Source: the human T2T-CHM13v2.0 reference genome, Homo sapiens. Taken from it: a stretch of 64,000 bases of DNA. Both the position numbers and the translations under genes were made by a program. The notes below the pieces were generated by a model. The model saw only the letters and a program-made list of their open reading frames with translations. It searched no databases and was not told where the DNA came from. Positions 39,546 to 53,174 of the stretch are shown here, in pieces. Every line of letters starts with the position of its first letter. Position 1 is the stretch's first letter. Where the stretch lies: the NCBI RefSeq assembly GCF_009914755.1, contig NC_060926.1, one strand, 5' to 3'.

Positions 39546-41414
39546 GTATCTTAAGAAAAAATATTTATCTTACGAGTTATCACTTTTAAGCTTTTGTATT
39601 ATACTTCTAGTTGATGTTCTATTTTTTCTCGTTTTTCCAGTATTTAAGGCACATGGGTTATACTGAGTTAAGGATATCATATGAAAGAAGAGTAAGATAT
39701 AACTTAGCTTACACTAAACTGTTCATAGTACCAATATAATATGCCATTGCCTAGTTGATTGGTATGTTAAATGTTAAAATGAACATTACTAATATATGTT
39801 AGAATTAATGAATACACAAAATTGAAGTTATTATATAACAGAAATAGTGATGAAAATCACACATCCACCACATTAAAAAGTTGATTTCATTTTCCTTTTC
39901 AAGATTTAAAGTGTTAAACTCATTCTGGCTGGATGATGAGAAAGATATCGTTCTACTGATTTTTTTATACTAGAATAATCTTTCATTATTATTAATATAT
40001 TTAAGTCTTATCTCCAATAAGTTCATCAGTGCTACCAGTTACAAATAGAAAATGCATGTGCTCAATTTCAAGAATTAAAAATAATGCCTTGGGAGTAGCA
40101 TTTCTTTTCTGTGGCAAGAGGATTGTTGGATTTTCCAATTAAAGAAGTCTCCATACTGGAAATGAGTAGTCAGTTATGAAAATTATTTTTGAATGGCGAA
40201 TTTGCATATCCTTAATTGTATTCATTTCTTTTGAAAGATCGAACTTGAAATTTATGATGTTTTGATTGGTTAACCCTGCATTTCTGTTATTAATACTATT
40301 GCCAACAGGGTTCCCCTATGACTGGGGCTCTGAGTGTCTTTCCTGAATAAATGCTTGAATCATAAGTAGGTTTGTTTTACTTAATGAATAGAAAATATCT
40401 AAAGATGTACTGCTGGTTTTCACATTTACACACATTGCACTTTTTGGAATGACAGTAGCATCCTGTAGCTGCCTCATTTACTCACATTTGGACTTTTCTA
40501 CATCAGCTGATGAGAAACCCTTGAAGTTTCTGAATGTTGGTGCTGTCTGTTGGCCAAAAGTGCAGTTTCAGCAGAGCCGTCGTCACTGTCTATACAGTAG
40601 TGTCTGTGTGATTACTTGAATTTTTAAAGATACCTTGCCCTTATTTTAAGGAAAAAATGACTTGGAAATGAACAATTTAGAGTTTTTATATTAACAGTAA
40701 AAAGCATAGTTCTCACGTAAAATAAGATTGACATATAATTAGATTAAAAGTAAGGATGTCGAGTCTTATTGGACTTAGCATTCCATTGGACTTAAACCAG
40801 TCAACACAGAGTCAGTCATGAAGGAAAAGAACAAAATTAAAGGCATGTACAAAAATGGGATACCTATTTATGCAAGATCAGCACAAATTGTATATAAGTA
40901 TACACACAATGTATGTATGTATATATGTATGTAGAGTGTATCTACAGGGACAGATACAATTAGGCATCTTGTAATGTGTTTTAGGTCTCCGAGACTGGAA
41001 TAACCTCCCTATACTATTTAAGTCTATTATTCAATGCATATTCAACTTTCATTTTTGGAAGCACTCTTTAATAAAGAGTTAATGAAGTCATTTTAGGCAT
41101 TTTAGGGAAGGTGGGGTAGTGGGAAGGGGAAGCAGCCATTTCATTCCTTTAAGAGAGTGGGCCAAAATTGGTTCTATTTTTCAGTAATAGACAAAATAAA
41201 CAAATGAATAAACCAGTATTTATTATTTCTTGACCATGGTGCTTATAGACATAATATTATTGAAAAATTAAGAGTTGTGGTATAGTAACATTAACATTTT
41301 AAGTTTGATGAGGCGATTTTCTTTGCAACCAAATAAAGATCACGTTCAGCTAGATAGTGTCCGTGTGGTATGCATGTCCTACAAAGTAATTAGTGTTGTT
41401 GGATTTGTTTGTAG

Positions 41415-41586
41415 CTGATTGCTGTGTTTGAAGAACAAGAACCACTCCACAAGATTGAGAGCCCCAGTGGAAACCCTGCAGATCGGCAGAGCCCAGATGC
41501 TTTTGAGACAGAAGTGGCCGCCCAACTGGCTGCATTTAAGCCAATTGGTGGGGAGATTGAAGTAACCCCTTCTGCTCTAAAACTAG
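41415..41586 (+). CDS. PARD3B: PARD3B internal coding exon (exon 3), 172 nt, phase 0 start and phase 1 end; end of the N-terminal CR1 oligomerisation region plus linker
   Basis: Acceptor gtttgtag|CTGATT, donor CTAG|gtatgt; translation LIAVFEEQEPLHKIESPSGNPADRQSPDAFETEVAAQLAAFKPIGGEIEVTPSALKL(G) matches the recalled human PARD3B sequence following ...VVEDKDK. Confidence 0.96.
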
Positions 41587-43129
41587 GTATGTGTAATGTT
41601 TATGATATTCTTTTCACCTGACTGAAGATCCGTCATCTTGTTGATTAGGCATTGTTTCTTCTTTGTGACTTTCATCCTGTTAATATTTTATATCGTGGTT
41701 TATCTTTTCTTTAAATTATTTTTTTACATAGCTCTTTGCAGCCACTGCTGCTTGGGTAAGTGGATGCAGCTTTTTCTTGAACTGAAGGTGAAGCAGAATT
41801 GTATGCCCTCGAAGTAACACGGGGGAGTCAGATGCTAAATGATGAAGTTTGCCTGTATCATATGAGTATAACTTTTTTAAAAATTCCTGAAAAAAACTCA
41901 TTTGGGAAAAGCCAAGGTTTATCAAAGAATCCATGCTAGAAATAAAGGTCACTTTATTTTCTTAGCCTCAGTCTTTTTCTGCCCAAACTATAATCTCAGA
42001 ATCTGGGGGAAATGTTTTGAAGTTAGTTTTGAAATTCTTTTCTGATGATTTATTCAGACAAGACAATTCATCCAGTAATTTTGCTTAGAAATATTTTTCA
42101 TTATATTTGTAGAATGAGAAAGTAAATATTATTCTAAAGTTTCAATCAGTTTACAACTCCAAGAGAAATAACATGTCTGTTTTGGTGATACCTCCTAAAG
42201 ATAAATTTAGCTCAATTTAACTGCATGAAGTTTTTGAAAATCCACTAATATCTTGGTATTTCAAACAACTTTTTATGCCTGTGGAATGTTTGTGCAACAT
42301 TTTGAGACTACTTAGAGCACCTGTTATGAGGGAATTCTCAAGCTAGAAGAACAGAGGCTTATTCCACTTTGCAAAGGTCAGCTTCTTATTCTTTTTAAAG
42401 CAAAACATATGCTTAAAATGGTTAGAATCGTACATAGTACTCATTTTCCCATTTGAAATAAAATATATACTGTAAAGTTAAATTTACATACTCTAATGCT
42501 GACAATCCATATTTTGTACTGATTTTTGGAAAAGCATCTGTAGTGCCCCTTTTAAAATAAACCAAATGGAAATTAATGACCTATGGTCTAAGTGGGTTTT
42601 CCTGTATCTTTTGGAACCGAGCTAGTGAAGCAGTCTGCTGGAACGTGGCTGCTGGAGGGCTTTGTGGCAGCTTCTCTTCATCTGGAGCCAGCCTTGTGGC
42701 TTCAGCAACCTTACAGCCCCATCATTCATTTGCATAATGGATGCCTTTTTATCCATTATGCAAATGGTATGAGAGGAAAATTAGGCAATAAGGGAAGACG
42801 AAAGGAGAAAATTGCTCTTGCTTATTTTAATATTCTATTTATAAGCAAGCACTGTGGTCTTCAAATGGCCGAACCTCAGAGTACTTCTGTGCCGGAGAAT
42901 TTGTTTTCACCTCTCTCTTATGAGCTTTGTCAGGGAAAAAAGATTGTTTTCTTCAGCTTTTTTGTTGGAATATTGAAACAACATAATATCGAATGCAAGA
43001 AAAAAAAGTCAGCCGAGATTCCCCTTCTTTGAAAGTGTGGACTGTCTACTTCTTCCATATGATTTTTGATAAGTCAGAGAAAACAATATTTATTACATGA
43101 GTACACACCATCTAAATCCCTTACTCATA

Positions 43130-43320
43130 ATAACTCATTTATTTAAGCCTCGTCATACTTAATTAGTCGGCTTTTATTATTTTTATCGTTTAAGAGTTGA
43201 GGAATAGGTACAGAGAAGTTTAGTAACTCAGCAGAAATCCCATAGCTATTAGGTGGCAGAGCCAGAATTTGAACTGTTGCTGGCTGTGGTGTGAGAAACC
43301 ATTTTGCTGTGCTCCCTCTG
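43130..43320 (-). mobile_element. MIR SINE
   Basis: gtacagagaagtttagtaactc...ggtggcagagccagaatttgaact. Confidence 0.7.
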
Positions 43321-43499
43321 ACATGCAATTCCTAAAACAACCAACTAATATAACTGTCTTGGGGTTTACTTTGAGAATACATGCCAAAACCCTGAAAATA
43401 CTAAACTCCTTGGTCTACAATCTCATTTCACTTAGTACCAGATTAAATGATGAGACTAGCTCACTGTTAGGTGGGAAACATTCCCTTCCAACCATTTGG

Positions 43500-43800
43500 C
43501 CTGAAACCTTGGCATCACCTCCAGTTCCACCGTTTCCTTCTACCTCCCCCACTCTGTCAGCTATTCAGCTTCCTTGTCCACAGCCACCACAGCAGGCCAG
43601 AGCTTTGCCATCAATTAGACTATTGCAGAGGCCTCAGACTGACCTCTTTCTTTACACTGTGTGCTTTCTCCAGTCCCTACTGTTGCCAGAGCTGCCTTTC
43701 TAAATCACAAATCTGATTATGTAATATAACTCCCCTGCTTAACGACCTTCACTGGCTTCCCATCACCCTGAGAACCATATCTAAACTCGTTAGCAAGCTG
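43500..43800 (+). mobile_element. L2 fragment
   Basis: ctgaaaccttggcatcacc...gccagagctgcctttctaaatcacaaatctgattatg...ccttcactggcttcccatc. Confidence 0.75.
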
Positions 43801-44724
43801 ATGCAGATGGTTCCTCTGAATCAGCAGGAGAAATTTGGGCAAGGATGAATGACGTAAAAAAATCATCCCTTACCCACTTTCATGGTTCTAGCAGTTTGAG
43901 TACTTTGCATTTCTGGAACTTAAAAAGCAAAGAAAAAACATATTTGTCAGGTTTTTCAGATAGCGAAGTTAAAGAAGGAAGCAACACAGCCAGCTTTGGT
44001 CTCCACCCATTCTGTTTTCCTGTTGTTGGCTCCGGGGCAGGATGTGGCCATAGGCTGTGCACCTCCAGATGGAGAGATGTGGTTGGCAGTAGAGGCAGTA
44101 TTGATGGCACTTCTGGGAGTGTGACCTGGCTGTCCTGTCTGGTCCACCCTGAAAGCCTGCTTAGGTGAAGAATGGGAGGGGCGGTGAGAGGAGTTTTGCA
44201 GCACCTGTGCCCCAGCAGTTCCTCCTAACAGGGTGCTCATGAAATGTCAGCCATTGAACCCAGGCCCTTCATCTCCCTTCCCCAGTCAGCTAGTGTAGCC
44301 ATTGGAACTGGTTGTACTTTTCACAGCTCATTCACCCAACCTGGTACAAGAGAAATAGGGCTTAATTTTTTACTGGTTTTCTCACTCTTAAGGCCACTTT
44401 CTTAAGAAAATAGCAAATTTAATCTTCATTGGCTTACATTGCTTTTCTTAATTAAGCAGACACAATTCAACAAATATTAGGAATCAAGAGATTTTTGTGA
44501 TTACATCACATTGAGCACCCAAAATTTATGTTTTTCTGGAATCTGATATCAAAATATACTCAGTGTTCAGTATAATTTTTATATTTCTTTTTCCAACACA
44601 AGATAACCATCAACAATATTCTGTTAAAAACCAACAACCACCTTCTCCATGTAATGCATACAGAGGTTGACTCCTCCCATTCTTTCTTTATCTTCCAGGA
44701 TGTAATACTTATGCATGCATATTC

Positions 44725-44985
44725 ATATTCCCAGGCCCTTCATGATCTAGCTGCTTCCTCTCTGCCCACCTTTATTGCTGGCCAGTCTTTCACAGTCACC
44801 TTAACTTGCAGCCACTGTGAACCACTTGCCATTCCAAATTTACCACCTTCAAACCTCTGTGCCTTTGCAGATACTGTTCTCTTTAGCTGGCTCATTCCTT
44901 TGTCTCTTTACTGTATAGTGAACTCATATGCACCTTTTAAGTTCAAGCTCAAATATGACCTTCTTCATGAAGCCTTGTCCAAATC
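44725..44985 (+). mobile_element. L2 fragment
   Basis: aggcccttcatgatctagct...ctgtgcctttgcagatactgttc...caagctcaaatatgacctt. Confidence 0.75.
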
Positions 44986-45769
44986 TTTAAAACAGTACAG
45001 TAGGCTTACAGTAAGTATTATTTCTTAATTCTTCATCTAACAATCAAGGGTTACAAAGACGAACAGCAGAAATCTACTGACATAAAGGGGTTCATAGTCT
45101 CATGCCCTATAAGCTGATGGGGTATATATTTTTAATTCGTAAGATGAGTTTTAAATCAAGTGGGCAACCACATAATTCCAACCTCATTCATCTAAATTAT
45201 TTCCTATCATTTATTTTCTAATGGATTTTCTAATGTAATGCTGAATGACTGAACCCTGGGGATTCAGCCCTAAGTAGCAAATCACTTTCACACTTTAAGA
45301 TTCTGTGGCTCTGAAATCAGCCAAAGCATGTTACCATATAGTACAGAGATTGCTGGCCTGAGAGTTCATTTAAATGATGAGATGTGGTAACCAAAATCCC
45401 AGGCGAAATTGGAAAGAATCATATTCACATGATCTATTTGGACTTAAAAATTTATAGTTCGAGAATTTTCCAAGTCTTCTCTGTGAAACCCCATGGTTCT
45501 TCTGAGCATGTATTAGGGTTTCAATGGATGCTTGATTCTAGTTAATAAATAACATTTATTGAGCGCTTAAGTTCTAGATGCTATTTAAATTTGTTCATTC
45601 TCCATCTTTGGACAAATAGGATTGGTTATGCTAGTGTGGAAGAAAGGGTGCAGAAGTCTAGAAAGTAGCCAATAAACAGAATCCCAATGCTTATCTACCC
45701 CAAAACCTCACCTCCACTCAAAAGATGTATGCATGCCTCAGAAAAACGTTTGTGAAATGCTGACCTAGA

Positions 45770-45940
45770 AATATGCAGTTCCACAGAATTTTATAATTAG
45801 CAATTGTGTAGGTAATCGATATTATTTTACAAATGAGCAAATAAAAGTTAAAATTCAATGTGTACTCTGATGTTGAATAAGGAACTAGAACTGGAACCCA
45901 CATTTCTTGGCTTCTAGAACAGTGCTTGTTCAGTTGCATG
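45770..45940 (-). mobile_element. MIR fragment
   Basis: attttacaaatgagcaaat...ggaactagaactggaaccca. Confidence 0.55.
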
Positions 45941-46179
45941 ACTTTTTAAAAATTAATTGTAGATTTCAATTATCCATATATTTTAGGTACTATATGTGAT
46001 AGCACCTCACATCCTTTTGGAATTGAGTAGAGTGTAAATTAATAAATAGATACTATGAATAGGTATAAATCAAAAGCTACTGAGAGAACAAGACCAGGAA
46101 ATGGAGGTGGAGAAAATGTCTTTTAAATCCTATACATTTCAGAAATGAGTTTGCTTCTGTCTTCTTATCTTCTCATCCC

Positions 46180-46208
46180 GTGTGTGTGTGTGTGTGTTTG
46201 TATGTGTA
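46180..46208. repeat. (TG)n microsatellite
   Basis: Directly visible. Confidence 0.9.
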
Positions 46209-46504
46209 GGAAAGTTCCACTAAAACCAATATACTAATGGGATCCATAGATGTGGGGTTTTTTTTAATAACGTGGATATTTTAATAGACTTTCTGATTTT
46301 TTAAGTATGTACATATAGGGCCATCTGTAAAAAAGACAAATTAGTGAGGAAAATTATTTTGAAGTTTAGGAGGGTGGGAGTCTCCCGGTCCTTCCCCTGA
46401 CTAGTCCCTACACTGCCTTCATGATTAGTACCTGACCACCTACTGTTCCATAAGAGGCTTTTTGTGGCCATAGATCAAGGTTGGCCCAACCCAATCTTTG
46501 TCCC

Positions 46505-46750
46505 TTGAGAGTCAGTGATATGGAGCTAGTTCTAGACCCTGCAGTATTTGATCTAGCTGTGTGATCAGGATAAGTCATTTAACCTATCTCTATCAGAACC
46601 AACTTTTTCCAAACAAAAAATAAATCAGGACAAATTTGGGACACATTCTAGCAAAGTAAAAATTGAAAACCAAGGCTATCCAGGTCACTCCCTGATGTGT
46701 CACCACCATATCTCCCTGGGCCACAGTTTCCTCATCTATAAAATAAGCTG
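46505..46750 (+). mobile_element. MIR interrupted by a ~120-bp insertion (hAT-Blackjack MER81/MER94-like)
   Basis: ctagctgtgtgatcaggataagtcatttaacct resumes as ctgggccacagtttcctcatctataaaa; flanks ctatctct/atatctcc. Confidence 0.55.
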
Positions 46751-48097
46751 TCCTTTCTCCAATGGGCCATGATGGTTCCTTGAGTGTTTTATTAATACCA
46801 AGCTGAGTTTGAATCCAACTCCATGCCTCTGCCAATTTCCCTGCTATGGCCCCAATTAATTAGTAGTTTTTTATTTTGTACCTTTTGATAATTTTTTTCA
46901 GTACTTCTTGATTGAAATTTGCTAATTTGGGTTCAAGCTTTCATGGGAAAATATTTATTTAGTTAAATTATTTTAGCAATGTAATTTAAATAGTTTTTCA
47001 GGATAAAAAGTACTTTAAACTTGGCTGTTACCATGCTTGTGATCTAGATTACCTTGATATAAAGTAATCTAAGTTTGGAGTTGAAGTGGTATTAGCTTTA
47101 TTCTCCTCTTGTGTGTTAAACTTTGAAGATGAGCTACTTTCTATTTGAAAGTGATTCTTGTTTTTGAGACTTGAAAGCTGAAAGGTGCCTCAGATGCTTT
47201 ATTGTTTCCATGTGTGTTTGTGATTCTTCAAAACCGAAATGGAAATTATGATTATGTGTTTGTTATAATATCATTATTTTCAAAACACTGAGTTCTCTTT
47301 CTTTGCAGTGGTGTTCAGCAAATACTGTGTAGCTATAGATTCCTGTTGAAAATTGTGACCATTTTCTATCTGATTTTGACTAATTTACTGCATAAAGGAA
47401 ACATATGGGAACATTTTTCTCAATTTTTAAGCAAACCAAATCCCTTTATGGCGCTGATCTTCAGGAAAACGTAAAGAAAGGGGAAGTTTATTCCTTTAAT
47501 TAGGCTGCTGTGTGTAAGTAGCTGCTGTGCCCATAATGTGAGTTTAAGTATTGGCATCTGATCCTAGACAAACACACTCACACCACACACATAGCAGAAC
47601 TAAAGCTCAGGGATGGGTTATGCTTCTGATGAAGCCTTTGAATTCTGACTACAAAGCATATAAGCATGTGAGGGTTCCTTGTTGTTGGAAGCTCTTTGCT
47701 GTAGGCTGTGAAACCCAGAGTTAAAATTACCCAGAGTTAAAATTGCGTAGATGAATTCATAAGTTACAATTTGGTCATTGAGTTTCATCCTGTTTGTTTC
47801 CTGTTGAGGCTGATTATTCAAAAGTTAGCAGTTATAGAATAGTTTTTCTTTCTTTTTTTTTCCTTTCCTTCCCTGGGAGTCTGTTTTTTTTTTCCCCCTC
47901 CATGAAGGCTTAAATGAATAATGTTGTAATTAGCTATGGTAACCTTGCTAGGGTGTCATCAATCAGTCATAGCCATATAGTCAACAAAGTGTGTGCTTGC
48001 TTTCTGGTGTGACTATAACTAAATCAGGACTAAGGAGGCTATAGTGTTTCTAACCCATTTTGAGCACCACTCTTTTGCTACTGTTGTTTTGTTTTAA

Positions 48098-48220
48098 TTT
48101 TTTTTTTTTTTTTTTTTGTAGCAATGGGTCTTGCTATGTTGCTCAGGCTGATCATGAACTCCTGGCCTCAAGCAGTCCTCTTCCTCAGCCTCCCAAAGCA
48201 TGAGCCACCACGCCTTGGCT
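48098..48220 (-). mobile_element. FLAM / free left Alu monomer with a small internal deletion
   Basis: T-tail then gggtcttgctatgttgctcaggctg...ctcctggcctcaagc...cccaaag^catgagccaccac. Confidence 0.85.
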
Positions 48221-51200
48221 GTTTTGATTTTTATTTTAGATTTTGTTTTCAGAGTAGTGAAAAAGTAGCTCTGTGGAAGAATGTCACGTTATTCATTGAA
48301 TATTTAAAATTAATACTTTGTAAAAGGGCCAGTGGTACTAGTTAAAGAATAAAGTCAATACCTAAAGACAAGTAGCCCCTAAAAAATATTAAAAGGTAAT
48401 TACCATATGGGAGTAATTTTTGTTTGTATTGAGTAAAACTATGAGCAATATTTTAAATATACAATTTTGAATATGCCTGGCATTACCTCCTTTTGCAGAT
48501 GAATATATATAGGCCTCATAGTTGATCACTTCCTACCATTTTGTTAAAATAAAATGATGAAGTTTGCTTGAGAACATGCTATAGTTTTATAAATGCATTT
48601 TAAATGAGATATTACTTATTAAAATTATATAGTGTTACACTTCAGAAAAATAAAAATTACCACCATCCTAACAGAACTTGTATTTTCATTTTTTTGTTTT
48701 ATATTCAGTTAACTTTTGTATTTTAGTCTTATTTCAATTTTCTTTTTTTTTCTACCTGCTTCAGTTACCCTTTTGTCTCTTTAATTTTGTGTGCTATATC
48801 TGATGGCTAAGTTTAGCAGTTAAATTTATACTAAGTTGGTTGTACTCAAATAAAATAGAAAATTATTAAAAGGAATTTACATGTAACCATTTAACCAAAA
48901 ATATAAGACAGTACATAAAACCAAGCTCTCATTTTTGTCCTTTTTCCAGCTGTATTTTCTAAGTTGATTATGTGACCTCTAAAAAAACAGAGTTCACCAT
49001 CTCCCCTTTGGCCTCTTACCAATGCTGGACCCACACTGAGACGGAGTCTGCAGATCCTCTAATAAACAAACGGAATGAAAGGTCACCTTTCCTACCATTC
49101 ACTTGATATTAGACCCCTGGGTTTTTAAGCCTCTTTTGCAGATTGCTTTTAATAGTAAGTCCAGTGAAGTCATGTTTGCAGAGGCCTAGTCCCTAAGTAG
49201 TAAAAATATTTTCAGCACTGCTGTCATATTCAGCTTCTTGTAGTTCCCCTGACCACTGATAAAATGATTTGCAGTTTGTCCTTTTAATAAAGGGGAGGAA
49301 AAAAACCAAGCCATGCACCTCTGGCCTCTTCCCCATGCCCCCACCAGTAAAACCACCATCGTCCTCCCTTGCAGCCAGTCCCCAGCTCGCTCTCTTCTGT
49401 TTCAGGCACTCTGAGGCAGCCGAAACACAGCCACACAGAATTGCCCTCTGTTCTCTAAATACAAGTACTGCTTTTCACAGCCTAATAAGGTTTAACATGT
49501 CTATTACAAAATGCCTTTAAATTACTTATCTGTATTAAAAAATTTGTTGAAGTTATGACTCAGATTTTTTATTTATACATATTCATCTTTGTGGCCATAA
49601 AATAGATTACATTTTCTCACAAATTTCTAATCATTCCTAAATAAATTATTTATAGTAACCATGCTGATTTTCTTTTGCAGTTTGCAATTCAGGAATCTTG
49701 TTAACAATTTAATATATGGTAAAGCCCTTTTTGTACTGACAATGTAAATGTAATGTTTAGCCTTTAAGATATTTTTTTTTCTCTCTGAGTGTGTATGTGT
49801 GATTTTTTAAAATTTTCTTTCCACCCAGATGGGCAGGCAAAAAAAAAAAAAAATCCACTAATTTAATTATTTACAGAAGATCCATCTTAAGGACAAGTCA
49901 CTCAGAGTTGGACACGCTTTCGTGACTGGCTCAGGATTTTCTCATTTGCTTTATCTGATAAAGCCTTATGATGAATTATGCCCCAATATATACACATTTG
50001 GTTATTTACTTTTTCTGTATCTTATTTGAAATTTTGCTAAGATCTTTATTTGGCCCAGTGAAAGTAGGAAATACTGAAACAGCTTGATCTGTTCATTCTC
50101 ACACCCCAAAGTGATAAGGAAAGGTGACAGCCTTTGCTTAGCAGTGACCATAAGAGAAGCCATCTCTATTTTGCTTACCCCTTTTTTGTTAAATGTTTAC
50201 CAGATAAAAGACAAAGACCTCCCAGATATCACCACCACACCCTGTCAATTTATCTTTGAAACAATGTATTCATCATATGATACACAGAAAACGGTGCTCA
50301 TTCTGTTTATTCATTGGCTTAATGGGAAAATGTTGATCGCTATCAGAAAATACCAGTAACTTTCTAAAAATATCAGAATAAATTCTGATTACTAATCTGT
50401 ATAAATATGAGACTGTCTGCCAGATTCTTCAAACATCTTTACAGATGGAAGAAATTTGGAACTTTGGGGGGTTTTGGTGTGTAAAATTAGAGGAAAGGAA
50501 ATTATGTGGTACATCTTATTTTCTTTATTTTCTTTTTGTTTATATGGAAGACTTGACTATGGTTATGTAATGTATGTTTGTAGAATATGGTGTGATCGGG
50601 GAAAATGGGTAGGCTTATTACCTTATCACAACCTATTTAAAATCATAACACTTATATTTGGTGTTTTAAGATAATATTTACTAAAATAAGCCGTAACTTC
50701 AATGTCCATTTTGTTTTAAACTGTTGGAAAGAAAGTTGTTTTTATATTTTTTTATACTATTTGGCCTAAAACATGGCATAGATAGCAACAAACTGAATGG
50801 CCTTGTGTCATTTGGTTCTGTATAATTGTGATGATCAATTAAACTTACTAGTGTTTTTAAAACAAATAGACTTTTTACCCCAGAGATCTGAAAGCATGAG
50901 GAAAACTTCTTGTTTTAGTCACAGTTCAGGGATAATGTCCTTTGACCTCAAGACTTTAGCTTGGTGTTACAGTGAACTGCCCTTACGGCAGAGTTCAGCA
51001 TTTGCTCAGCTAACATCTGCTCTTTTTAGATGATTGGTCTTAACGATACAGTTATGAAAATCAGTATATCAAGTGTCAATGCCAGAGAAAATGGTGGCAT
51101 GCCTGTCACTCCCTTCAGTTAATCAATAATTATTTATTGATAACCCAGTAGATTAAAAGCATTGTGCTAGGCTACCAAAGGAATATAAAATAATACACAT

Positions 51201-52517
51201 CACAGATTCATTCCCAAGTAGCTTGCAATCAAGTTGACTTAAAATAAATTACTGGATGAGTCTCTTAACTTGGCTAGGATTCCAAGCCAAGTTATATATT
51301 TTTATCATATATAACGATTGTTCTAATATTATGGGGTACACAGTTATCAAACCTTATACTGAAGATCTTACCTCATAATAAATTCAGATGCTCACAGACT
51401 CTTCATGTGTACCATTAGTCAGTATGTGATGTTTCCCATAGCTTGGTTAATTTCTTGTCTTTTACTTTGGTCTTCAGTTGATGGGGAGGTTCAAGGTATT
51501 CATAAAATTTTAACTTTTTAGTCTTTGATTCGACAGTCTTCATTGACTCACTAGTTTGGCCAACTTTAATTTTATCTTCTATTAAGCAATTAAAAATAAC
51601 TAAGGTCTCAAGTCTCTCCATGACTACCAACAATGTCCGCTACTCCCCGGACACGATCTGCAAGGACCTAATGGGTTGGTGGATAAATGTCTATGCATCC
51701 ATCCATCCATCCTTCTCCCTGAAGACACTCCAGTCAGATGTACTCTTTTAACGGTAGGTGGTTAATATAGAGACAAGCCTTCTACCCAAATGAGTTCAGC
51801 AGGTGCACTGTTTAGAAGAATGTGTTGTGCCTAGTCTGGACGTACTTCTTACCTCCTTGTGTTATTTTTTCACTGAGTACTGTGTAAATTACTGATTGGA
51901 AACCCATTGATGATCTTTTCTCTAAAGCTGTAGGCTGTACCTCAGACTAATTTATTAGCATGCTATTGAGTGGTTTAAGCAAATTTCATTTTCAGTCCCT
52001 CTATTCTGACACAAAATACCATTTTCCAGTTGAATGTCAAAATAGTGTAAACATAATTGCCCTATATGTAAACTTATCTGTGTTAAGGGGTGAATTGAGA
52101 AGGAGCAACTTGGCCATCTTGGAAAATGGTCTTTGAGAAGTTTGGAGAATGCATTTAGTGTCTTTTTCTCTTTTCAGACAATTCATTACCTTTAAAAACT
52201 TAAATTTATTTAAAGTACCTTCCTTGACTGCCTTGTTGCCCTGTTTTTAAAAAATAATGTTTAGCATTTGTTTGATAGTTGCCACAAACTTGATGCTGTA
52301 ATATTCTGACTTTATAATAAGGTGAAGAGTTATGCGAGGTTAGGCAAAATTTTCGTCTCTAATTCGTCTCTTGTTAAAATTAGGCTTTTATCTTAGTACC
52401 CAAAATATTGTACTTTATATCTTCTCTGATATCTTGATGAAGCAAGTAGGCAATGGAATGTTTCCAAAAGAAATAAGGATGGAGAAATACATAGATTATA
52501 CAATCTTACATATTTAC

Positions 52518-52810
52518 AGCAGTGTAGTGTAGAAATTAAGAGCACAAGCCCTGGAGCAAGCCTGCCTGGGTCAAATATGGCACTGCAACTTACAAGCTGC
52601 ATGATTTTCGGCAAGTTACTTAAGCCACTGAGTCTGTTTCCTCACCTATAAAACAAGGGTAATATTACCTAATTGGATAGTGACCTAATTGGATAGTCGC
52701 AAGCAGTGAATGAATTCATACATATATGTACATATAAAACACAGAGAATACTGTCTGCCACATAATAGGTGGTATATAAATCTGCTAGTCACTGTTAATT
52801 TCATTATTAT
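52518..52810 (+). mobile_element. MIR SINE, near full length
   Basis: gcagtgtagtgtag...cctgcctgggtcaaat...ggcaagttacttaa...tttcctcacctataaaa. Confidence 0.85.
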
Positions 52811-52869
52811 ATTTATTATGGATCATTTGGAGGAAAAAATAAAAAAACTCCATGTATTTAGGTAATTGA

Positions 52870-53174
<305 letters not shown>

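Noticed and set aside
41587-41621. C-terminal extension and GTG start of the listed ORF 41424-41621
   Set aside because: The ORF runs past the gtatgt donor into intron; the real exon is 41415-41586
47713-47744. Short tandem duplications (16 bp here; also 16355-16392, 52667-52697, 59314-59349)
   Set aside because: Ordinary slippage duplications with no further structure
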